Source: Candidatus Micrarchaeia archaeon (GTDB lineage Archaea > Micrarchaeota > Micrarchaeia > Burarchaeales > JACRGF01). From it: DNA of 12,987 bases. The stretch lies in NCBI GenBank assembly GCA_038870455.1, contig JAWCPB010000030.1:1-12987 (forward strand), read 5' to 3'. Within the stretch, counting starts at the first letter, position 1, and each line of letters begins with the position of its first letter. Below are positions 1-9,607 of this stretch, in pieces. Made by a program: the position numbers and the translations under genes. The notes beneath the pieces are model-generated. The model was given only the letters and a program-made list of their open reading frames with translations, was not told the origin of the DNA and did no database searches.

Positions 1-5
1 CCTCG

Positions 6-923
6 GTGGACCGGTTCGGTGGCTTCTTTCTTCCTTTCGCGCTCGCGCTGGCAACCGCCCTCGCTGCGTGGATAGCCCAGACAGCCGCAGCTTACTGGGC
101 TTACAGGCGAATCATCTACCCTGAGATAAGACGCAACCCGCTCGCCAACTACCTGATAGGATGGGTCGCCATCGCCACGCACGAATTAGGCCACGCAGTT
201 GTGGCTGCTGTCACGGGCTCTAAGATAGAAGAGGTGGAGATAACCACCACGAGGGGGCATGTCAAGAGCATAACTGAGGTGAGCCTGCTTGGCTGGCTCT
301 CGCTCGCCCTCTCTTCGCTCGCTCCCACTTTCCTGCCACCCTTGCTTTTCCTCGCCGCGTTTTATTACGCGTTTCCCGGCGCGCTTGAGCTCAACTGGAC
401 GACGCTCGAGGACATCGCGAACGCGAATGCCTCAAACATAATCACAATTTCATCTTCTCTGGCAGACCTCGCAAATCCCATCTCGCTCGCCCTTCTCTAT
501 TTCCTCATCGTGCTCGCGCCCACGGCAGGCCCGAGCGCGGGCGATGTCAGGAATGTGCTGGAGCAGACGGTGAGGAGGCCTTTCGCGCTGCTCGTGCTGC
601 TCGTAGTCCTCGCCGTGCTGTTCTATACATTCGAGGCGCTCAACTTTCCCGTGACAAACCCCATAATATGGGCGCTCACGCTTTCTTTCCTGGTTGTGCT
701 GCTTGGACTCGCGCTCGCAACCGCGCTCGCGCTCTACCTGAGGGAAGCGCGGAGCATGCCCGGCTGGGGGGTGGCGGCCTCGCTGCTCGCCTTCGCCCTA
801 TCCTACGCGGCCGCGCGCCTCGGCCTGATTCCCGAGTTCGCCGAGCCCGCGAGGGCGCTCGCGCTTGCCGCGCTGGTTGAAGTTCTCGTGCTGCTCGTAC
901 TCCCGAAAGAAAGGAGGTTTTGA
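6..923 (+). CDS. M50/M50B-like intramembrane zinc metallopeptidase (multi-pass membrane protein; may begin upstream of the window)
   Basis: HELGH (HExxH) motif at 180-194 next to a hydrophobic helix, followed by TGSKIEEV..GHV, LAP and a later PSAGD candidate third zinc ligand. Many TM-like segments. The frame is open to the window edge, so the start is uncertain. Confidence 0.75.
   Translation: MDRFGGFFLPFALALATALAAWIAQTAAAYWAYRRIIYPEIRRNPLANYLIGWVAIATHELGHAVVAAVTGSKIEEVEITTTRGHVKSITEVSLLGWLSLALSSLAPTFLPPLLFLAAFYYAFPGALELNWTTLEDIANANASNIITISSSLADLANPISLALLYFLIVLAPTAGPSAGDVRNVLEQTVRRPFALLVLLVVLAVLFYTFEALNFPVTNPIIWALTLSFLVVLLGLALATALALYLREARSMPGWGVAASLLAFALSYAAARLGLIPEFAEPARALALAALVEVLVLLVLPKERRF
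807..881 (+). repeat. 75-bp exact direct repeat, copy 1 (inside the M50 gene 3' end); begins with the 12-mer GCGGCCGCGCGC
   Basis: Base-by-base identical to 2535-2609. Confidence 0.97.
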
Positions 924-982
924 CTCAGCGCTCGCCAGTGGAAATATACGCTATCGTTGCATGTTCGCTGCGGAATTAAACA

Positions 983-1019
983 ATAAAGTTTAAACTATAA
1001 TATTTATAAAGTTTAGACT
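983..1019 (+). promoter_or_regulatory. Archaeal promoter of the ATPase gene: TATA box TTTATAAA (1003-1010) flanked by two ATAAAGTTTARACT repeats (putative operators)
   Basis: AT-rich island. ATAAAGTTTAAACT at 983-996 and ATAAAGTTTAGACT at 1006-1019, 23 bp apart. The core AGTTTAAACT (987-996) is a perfect palindrome. The ATG at 1033 lies about 23 nt after the TATA box, typical of a leaderless transcript. Confidence 0.7.
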
Positions 1020-1032
1020 TATTAAAAAAAGC

Positions 1033-2463
1033 ATGGTTGAGTTCAGCAACAGGCGCAGCGAGCTCGGGTTGCTCGAGTCAAAGTACGCGAGGCTGGAGAA
1101 GGGAGAGCTCGTGATTCTTTACGGGCGGAGGCGCGTGGGCAAGACCGAACTCGTGCTGCAGTTCCTGAAAAAGATTCCGGAAAAAGAAAAGCTGTACTTT
1201 CTCATTGACGAGGGCACGCCTTCTGCCATGCTCAGCGGGATTGCCGAGGACATCGCCAGGCAGTGGCACGGCGAGACGCCCGCCTTCCACTCGTGGGACG
1301 AGTTCTTCGGCTATCTCGAGGGCAAATCAGAGAGGACAAAGCTGGCTGTCGCCATCGACGAGTTCCAGCGCATGCACACCGACCCCCGCGCTTTCTCCCG
1401 CTTGCAGAAGGCGTGGGATACAATGCTCAGGAACAGGCGCATGTTGATTGTACTCCTCGGCTCGGCCATAGGAGCGATTCATAAGATAGCGATAGGCAGC
1501 CGCTCGCCGCTCTTTGGGCGAGCGACATGGAGGTACCAGATTGAGCCGTTTGACTACCAGGCTTTCCGCGAGGCGCTGCCTCCAACGGACGAGGCGCTGC
1601 TGGTCACTCTGTATGCGACATTCGGGGGCATGCCGCACTACCTGCGGTTTGCCGAGGAAATTGTGAAGGGAAGGGACTATCTCGATGCCGTGGAGGAGCA
1701 CATCCTCAAAAAAAGTGGGTTATTGAGGGACGAGCCGCAGGCTCTCCTGCGCATGGAACTCAAGGACACCGGCAGGTACAACTCAATCCTTTCGGCCATT
1801 GCGGATGGTCACCTCAAGCTCACTGAGATAAGTGCCCAGACCGGCATTTCTCCCGCCGGCCTGAACTTCTACATCACGCGGCTGCAGCACTCGCTGAGGC
1901 TAATAGAAAAAATTGAGCCCGTGTGCGGGAAGAAGAGGCTCTCCAAGTACGTTTTCACGGACAACTTCTTCAGGTTCTGGTACAGGTTCGTTGCAAAAAA
2001 CCTATCGAGCTTGGAAATAGAGGACTACGCGTTCGCGCGCAAAAAAATCGAGGCGGAGCTCCCCGCGTTCACCGGGCCCGTGTTCGAGAGCATAGTGCGC
2101 GAGCTCATCGCGAAATACAACCGCCGCCGGATAAAAGGCTTTCCGATAGAAGTTGAGAAGCTCGGCGGCTGGTGGAGCCGCACAGGAAACGAAGTGGATG
2201 TGTGCGGCGTGTCAAAGAACGGGCTATTGCTGGGCGAAGTAAAGTGGCAGAACAAGCCCGCGGACTTTGACGTGGTGTCAAACCTGCTCGAAATGAAGAA
2301 ACACATCCAGTGCACTCCCGCGCAGGCGCAGCACACGAGGTTTCTTGTGGTCTCAAAAAGCGGCTTCACTCCCGCGGCCCTCTCCCTGATGCGCGAACAC
2401 GGCGTGCTCGGGCTTGAGCTGAAGGACGTGAGCGCGCTTTTTAACGCGCTCGAGAAAAAGTAG
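1033..2463 (+). CDS. Archaeal-type AAA/STAND-like ATPase (ATPase_2) with wHTH and C-terminal DUF234 / PD-(D/E)xK nuclease-like domain
   Basis: N-terminal F.NR..EL..L, Walker A YGRRRVGKT, Walker B AVAIDEFQ, SPLFGR, GGMPHYL, central HTH-like segment, Y.F.DNFFRFWYRF, FE, and WW....EVD........GEVKW. Confidence 0.9.
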   Translation: MVEFSNRRSELGLLESKYARLEKGELVILYGRRRVGKTELVLQFLKKIPEKEKLYFLIDEGTPSAMLSGIAEDIARQWHGETPAFHSWDEFFGYLEGKSERTKLAVAIDEFQRMHTDPRAFSRLQKAWDTMLRNRRMLIVLLGSAIGAIHKIAIGSRSPLFGRATWRYQIEPFDYQAFREALPPTDEALLVTLYATFGGMPHYLRFAEEIVKGRDYLDAVEEHILKKSGLLRDEPQALLRMELKDTGRYNSILSAIADGHLKLTEISAQTGISPAGLNFYITRLQHSLRLIEKIEPVCGKKRLSKYVFTDNFFRFWYRFVAKNLSSLEIEDYAFARKKIEAELPAFTGPVFESIVRELIAKYNRRRIKGFPIEVEKLGGWWSRTGNEVDVCGVSKNGLLLGEVKWQNKPADFDVVSNLLEMKKHIQCTPAQAQHTRFLVVSKSGFTPAALSLMREHGVLGLELKDVSALFNALEKK

Positions 2464-2474
2464 CGCAATCGGTT

Positions 2475-2546
2475 TTAATAAAACTCGCTCACGGGCTTCC
2501 ACACAGCTTTGGGGGTGTTGAACACGAGCTTGATGCGGCCGCGCGC
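2475..2546 (-). pseudogene. carB: Orphan copy of the carB 3' end with an internal deletion (RGRIKLVFNTPK...PVSEFY*)
   Basis: 2479-2497 is identical to 4326-4344. 2496-2546 matches 4476-4525 with 2 substitutions and one extra G. About 133 bp of carB is missing between the two parts. The final codons are TAT TAA versus TAC TGA in carB. Confidence 0.9.
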
Positions 2547-2657
2547 CTCGGCCTGATTCCCGAGTTCGCCGAGCCCGCGAGGGCGCTCGCGCTTGCCGCG
2601 CTGGTTGAAACGCTTGTGCTGCTCATCCTGCCGCGTAAGAAAAGATTTATAGCTTGA
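2535..2657 (+). pseudogene. Orphan copy of the M50 peptidase gene 3' end (75-bp direct repeat copy 2 plus diverged tail)
   Basis: 2535-2609 is identical to 807-881. 2610-2657 reads TLVLLILPRKKRFIA* versus VLVLLVLPKERRF* in the intact gene. Confidence 0.9.
2637..2653 (+). promoter_or_regulatory. Possible BRE/TATA (AAGAAAAGA-TTTATA) for the bPH_2 gene, embedded in the orphan M50 tail
   Basis: TTTATA at 2646-2651 preceded by a purine-rich run. An in-frame GTG at 2675 sits about 24 nt downstream. Confidence 0.45.
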
Positions 2658-3283
2658 AAAGAAAACAGGCTGGCGTGGCAGTTCGAAGGCTCGCGAACAG
2701 GATGCGGTTCGTGTGGATGGTGCCGCAGATTGTTTTCCTCCTGATAGTCTGGCTGCTGGGAACAGGCGCGGCCTTTGCTTACGAGGAACTTGACAAAACG
2801 CTGTTGTTCGGCGGGCTGCTGGCACTCACCGCGATAATCGGCATTCCCTCCTACGCGCTGGCAGAGCTCAAGCACCGCTCTTTCACTTACGAGCTCAAGG
2901 AAGACGGCATAGTCATCAGGCGAGGCATTTTCACCCACCACCTCGTCATGATTCCCTACACGAAGATCCAGAACATCCGGACCGAGCGCACTGTCGTAGA
3001 ACAGGCCCTGGGCCTGGTGCACATGCACATCGAGACGGCGAACGCGCCGCGCAGCGAGGAAGAGCCGGCCATTCCGGGCATCAGGTACGAGGAGCGCGAC
3101 GCGCTCATCAGCGAGATAATGGACAACGTGAAGGCGGTGAGGGAAGGCAGAAAACCGCGCCAGATTCCCGGGCCCAAGGAACTCGACGTCGCGGACATAC
3201 TCCTGTCGATAAAGGAAGAGCTGCAGTTCATGAGCCACGAGATACGCGGGCTGCGCGAAGACCTGGCCAAGAAAAGGAAGTAG
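2654..3283 (+). CDS. YdbS/YdbT-like membrane protein with bacterial PH domain (bPH_2) and C-terminal coiled-coil tail; start TTG 2654 or GTG 2675
   Basis: Two TM helices, then Y.L.EDGIVIRRGIF......IPY.KIQNI...R..VEQALGL..MHIETA......IPGI, the typical bPH_2 pattern. Confidence 0.85.
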   Translation: MKRKQAGVAVRRLANRMRFVWMVPQIVFLLIVWLLGTGAAFAYEELDKTLLFGGLLALTAIIGIPSYALAELKHRSFTYELKEDGIVIRRGIFTHHLVMIPYTKIQNIRTERTVVEQALGLVHMHIETANAPRSEEEPAIPGIRYEERDALISEIMDNVKAVREGRKPRQIPGPKELDVADILLSIKEELQFMSHEIRGLREDLAKKRK

Positions 3284-3315
3284 CTCACGGCAAAACAAGC
3301 CTGGAGTGCGTGTAA

Positions 3316-3669
3316 TGCCGCCGGCGCCTGCACGGGCTCGGGCCTTACGGGCCTGACCAGTGCGGGCGGTATGCTTCCTGTAAGGCCTGCACGCCTGCTT
3401 CCTCTAACATTACGCTCGCCAGCGGCAGGTACTACTACTGCGGGTGGTCCATCTCGAGAAACGCGTGCCTGCGGGGAAACGCGACCGGCTCCAAAGACTC
3501 TTACGGGCGCTTAGATGGCTTGAGCAGCGGAAGCGACTGGATTTACGAGACTAAAGACTGCCCCAGAACCACGCTGCCGCCCGCAACCCAAGTACCCAAA
3601 CTCCCGTGCCTCCCCGCAGTGCTCGCGACTATTCTCGCGCTCGCGGTTGCGGTGCAGCAAAAAGCTTGA
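3316..3669 (+). pseudogene. Start-less 117-codon frame encoding a PSI (plexin-semaphorin-integrin)-like Cys domain, T/P linker and C-terminal Cys plus hydrophobic anchor; probable 3' remnant of a surface-protein gene
   Basis: Manual translation: CRRRLHGLGPYGPDQCGRYASCKACTPASSNITLASGRYYYCGWSISRNACLRGNATGSKDSYGRLDGLSSGSDWIYETKDCPRTTLPPATQVPKLPCLPAVLATILALAVAVQQKA*. In-frame TAA at 3313-3315. No ATG and no signal peptide. Confidence 0.65.
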
Positions 3670-3678
3670 AAACCCTGA

Positions 3679-3716
3679 CGAAAAGGCTTTTATATACTTA
3701 ATACACATATAATGTG
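3679..3716 (+). promoter_or_regulatory. TA-operon promoter: BRE (CGAAAAGG), TATA (TTTATATA 3689-3696) and palindromic operator CACAT-ATA-ATGTG (3704-3716)
   Basis: Canonical archaeal BRE/TATA arrangement upstream of ATG 3727. The inverted repeat lies between the TATA box and the start. Confidence 0.7.
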
Positions 3717-3726
3717 CGGTAATTGT

Positions 3727-3957
3727 ATGAACATTAATCTGAAGCTATCCGGTATTGTAGAGCGTGTTATTGAGGACATGATTGCCAGGGGGTATGCCGC
3801 GAGCAAGACTGAAGCGATTCGAATCGCTCTTTTGGATTACCTGCACCATCACTTAATGAGAGAGGGGGAGAGAATGAGCGAGGAGGACATTCAGGATCTC
3901 GAGCAGGCCATTCGCGAATACAAAGCGGGCAAGACTGTTTCTCTTGAGGAAGTCTGA
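3727..3957 (+). CDS. Ribbon-helix-helix antitoxin (CopG/RelB/ParD-like)
   Basis: MNINLKL beta strand, G.AASKTEAIRIAL RHH helix and acidic C-terminus ending KAGKTVSLEEV. TGATG overlap with the toxin. ATG 3727 is preferred over 3712, which is too close to the TATA box. Confidence 0.85.
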   Translation: MNINLKLSGIVERVIEDMIARGYAASKTEAIRIALLDYLHHHLMREGERMSEEDIQDLEQAIREYKAGKTVSLEEV

Positions 3958-4214
3958 TGCGCGAGATTCGCTTGGCGCAGAAGGCAGCCAAATTCCTGAA
4001 AAGCCTTCCTGAAGACTACCGGAATGCGCTCAAGCAGCGCATCTGGTTGCTTGCAAACGAGCTGGTGCCGCGCGGCTCAATCCGCCTTCAAGGCCGCGGA
4101 AACTGCTTCAGGATGAGAGTCGGGCCCTTCCGCATCCAATACTTTTTCATGGAAGAAGAAAACGTCGTGCTCGTCTATAAAATCAGCAGAAGAAATGAAA
4201 CGACGTACAGGTAA
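3957..4214 (+). CDS. relE: RelE/ParE-family type II toxin
   Basis: 85 aa, basic. A.KFLKSL....R, L.G...FRMRVGPFRIQY, VLVYKI.RR...Y. Confidence 0.9.
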   Translation: MREIRLAQKAAKFLKSLPEDYRNALKQRIWLLANELVPRGSIRLQGRGNCFRMRVGPFRIQYFFMEEENVVLVYKISRRNETTYR

Positions 4215-4321
4215 AGATTAGCCAAACCTCGGGCCAAAATTGAACGCTTCGGGTTTTACGCAATTCCGCAGCAGCTTTGCCCATTCATCAGTTAAGTATT
4301 TGTTATCTTTTGATTAACAGG

Positions 4322-7489
<3,168 letters not shown>

Positions 7490-7542
7490 GTCTTCACTCT
7501 TCTAGCATGTGGCCTGACTCCATTCGTTACTCCCACCGCGCC

Positions 7543-8448
7543 TCATCTTCTGCCTGCAAGCAAGCGCAGGAGAATTGCCTTCTGAATGTGCAGCCTGTTC
7601 TCCGCCTGATCCCACACAACGCTGTGCTTGCCATCGAGAACATCGCTTGTTATCTCGAGGCCCCGGTGCGCGGGCAGGCAGTGCATGACGATGCAGTCCT
7701 TCTTTGCCTGGGAAAGCACTGCGCTGTTCACTTGAAAAGGCACGAACGCCTTCATGCGCTCTGCCTTCTCCTCCTCCATGCCCATGCTCACCCACACGTC
7801 CGTGTAGATGACGTCGGCGTTCTTGGCCGCCTTGAGAGGGTCGTTGAAAATCTCGAACTTGCCCGTCTTCTTTGCTTCGGCCACGTAGTCCGCGCAGGCG
7901 GGATAGCCGGGCGGGCCTGCGAGAGCGACTTCCATGCCAGAGCGAACGGCCGCAACCATCAAGGAGTTGGCCATGTTGTTGGCGATGTCGCCGATGTAGG
8001 CGAACCTCTTGCCCTTGCCCAGCTTGCCCTTCTCCTTCATGGTCAGCAGGTCGCCGAGCGCCTGGCAGGGGTGCTCGAGGTCGGTGAGCAGGTTGATGAC
8101 GGGCACGCGCGCGTGCTTTGCCATCTCCTCGATGTCGGAGTGCTTGTAGAGGCGGCAGCCTACGGCATCCACATACCTGTCCAGCACGCGCGCGGTATCC
8201 GCAATGGTCTCGCCGCGTGAGATCTGCGTGGTGACGAAGTCGAGGGTGATTGTCCTGCCTCCGAGCGAGGCCATGGCGGCCTCGAAGGAAACGCGCGTGC
8301 GCGTGCTCGGCTTTTCGAAGAGCAGGGCGAGGATTTTTCCCTTCAGCTCCTCGCTGTACTTGTGCTTTTCCCTCTTCAGCCTCTCGGCCAGCGCGATGAG
8401 CGCGTTCATCTCATCGGCAGGCAGGTCCATTATTTTCAGCAAGTCCAT
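7543..8448 (-). CDS. argF: Ornithine carbamoyltransferase (301 aa; start ATG 8448)
   Basis: FEKPSTRTRVSFE, HPCQAL.D, DVWVSMG, MHCLPAHRG, QAENRLH. GAGGTG Shine-Dalgarno overlaps the carA stop, 6 nt before ATG 8448. Confidence 0.97.
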   Translation of the reverse strand: MDLLKIMDLPADEMNALIALAERLKREKHKYSEELKGKILALLFEKPSTRTRVSFEAAMASLGGRTITLDFVTTQISRGETIADTARVLDRYVDAVGCRLYKHSDIEEMAKHARVPVINLLTDLEHPCQALGDLLTMKEKGKLGKGKRFAYIGDIANNMANSLMVAAVRSGMEVALAGPPGYPACADYVAEAKKTGKFEIFNDPLKAAKNADVIYTDVWVSMGMEEEKAERMKAFVPFQVNSAVLSQAKKDCIVMHCLPAHRGLEITSDVLDGKHSVVWDQAENRLHIQKAILLRLLAGRR

Positions 8449-8458
8449 TTTCTTCACC

Positions 8459-9535
8459 TCACAACCACGCCACAAACTCGTCAAAAAAATGCGATGTGTC
8501 CCGCGGGCCCGGGTGCGCCTCGGGGTGAAACTGCACGCTGAGCGTGCGCAGCTCGTCGTTTCGCATTCCCTCAACCGTGCCGTCGTTGCAGTTGAGCAGA
8601 AAGACGTCCGGCGCGCTCTCCTTCAGGCTCTTCTCATCAACGGCATAGCCATGATTCTGCGTGGTGACGTACACGCGGCCGGTCCTCACATCCTTGACTG
8701 GCTGGTTTGCACTCCTGTGGCCGAACTTGAGCTTGAAAGTCCTGCCGCCCGCAGCGATGCCCATGATCTGGTGGCCCAGGCAGATGCCCATGATGGGAAG
8801 CTTGCCCGTCAGCGAGCGCACGGTGCGGGCGACGTCCCCGAGAAGCGCCGGGTCTCCGGGCCCGTTGGAGACGAAAAGCCCGTCTGGCTCGAGCTCCATT
8901 ATCTTCTCGGGTTTCGTCTTGTAGTGCACGCTGACGACAGTGACGCCGCGCTTGTTAAGCTCGCGCACTATGTTCATCTTCATGCCGCAGTCGAGCAGCA
9001 CGACGCGCTTTGGCCCGCGCTCGAAAACCTGGGTTTCACGGCAGCTCGCGGCCTCAACGAAATTGATTTTGGAGTAGTCCAGCGCGCGGGCTTTTTCCAA
9101 AAGCCCCCTCACATCAAACTCGCGCTCATCCACCGAAATGCACGCGGGCATGACGCCCGCCTCGCGGATTTTGCGGACTATGGCGCGCGTGTCCAGCCCA
9201 CTCACCCCTGGCACGCCGAATTCCTGGAGGAACTCGTCGAGGGATTTTTTTGACTTGGCGTGAACGGGGTGCGTGCAGGCCTCGCGCACGACAAAACCCT
9301 CGGCCCAGATGCGCCTTGATTCAAAGGCATCCTCGTTTATCCCATAGTTTCCCACGAGAGGATAGGTCATGAGGAGAATCTGGCCCACATAGCTGGCATC
9401 GGTCAGCGCCTCCTGATAGCCGGTCATGGCGGTCGAGAAAACGAGTTCGCCCACGCGCGTGCCGGGCGCGCCGAAGCCCTTTCCGTAATAAACCGTTCCG
9501 TCACTGAGAACGAGGACGCCCTTATTTTCAGCCAC
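8459..9535 (-). CDS. carA: Carbamoyl-phosphate synthase small (glutaminase) subunit; likely start GTG 9535
   Basis: GELVFSTAMTGYQE.LTD.SY.GQ, SNGPGDP, GICLGHQ (catalytic Cys), TTQNHGY, SVQFHPEA.PGP.D. Confidence 0.98.
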   Translation of the reverse strand: MAENKGVLVLSDGTVYYGKGFGAPGTRVGELVFSTAMTGYQEALTDASYVGQILLMTYPLVGNYGINEDAFESRRIWAEGFVVREACTHPVHAKSKKSLDEFLQEFGVPGVSGLDTRAIVRKIREAGVMPACISVDEREFDVRGLLEKARALDYSKINFVEAASCRETQVFERGPKRVVLLDCGMKMNIVRELNKRGVTVVSVHYKTKPEKIMELEPDGLFVSNGPGDPALLGDVARTVRSLTGKLPIMGICLGHQIMGIAAGGRTFKLKFGHRSANQPVKDVRTGRVYVTTQNHGYAVDEKSLKESAPDVFLLNCNDGTVEGMRNDELRTLSVQFHPEAHPGPRDTSHFFDEFVAWL

Positions 9536-9564
9536 CCCAAAACACCATTCGTTTGTTCTTGCCA

Positions 9565-9590
9565 AAGGATATAAAGGTTTTTATTCATCG
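9565..9590. promoter_or_regulatory. Back-to-back bidirectional promoter for carA-argF-carB and argH-citG
   Basis: ATATAAAGGTTTTTATT contains minus-strand TTTATAT (9575-9569) and plus-strand TTTTTATT (9578-9585) in a 72-bp intergenic gap. The argH ATG is about 23 nt after its TATA. Confidence 0.6.
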
Positions 9591-9607
9591 CGGATAAAGC
9601 GCCCTGC

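Noticed and set aside
2475-2825. 116-aa minus-strand ORF ending in PVSEFY like CarB
   Set aside because: Only the last ~22 codons are carB-derived. The rest is antisense to the M50 tail and bPH_2 gene, so it is a by-product of the junction rather than a gene.
3281-3514. TAG read-through (pyrrolysine-like) extension of the bPH_2 gene
   Set aside because: The protein already ends in a natural-looking KKRK tail. The extension is low-complexity and no pyl genes are in the window.
3284-3680. SRP RNA or RNase P RNA in the gap (TGTAA motifs; minus-strand CAGGCCTTACAGGAAGCA resembles SRP helix 8)
   Set aside because: No GNRA tetraloop in the helix-8-like stretch and no RNase P GAGGAAAGTCC motif. 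The protein-like reading frame explains the region better.
4288-4320. T-rich stretch with GTTAA...TTAAC between the convergent relE and carB genes as a terminator
   Set aside because: Plausible archaeal oligo-T terminator, but too weak and degenerate to call.
8449-8574. N-terminal extension of ArgF given by the ORF track
   Set aside because: It overlaps the carA 3' end. The Shine-Dalgarno sequence and homology start at ATG 8448.
9536-9565. carA start at TTG 9565
   Set aside because: It lies only a few bases from the putative TATA box. GTG 9535, with an upstream GGTG, fits better.
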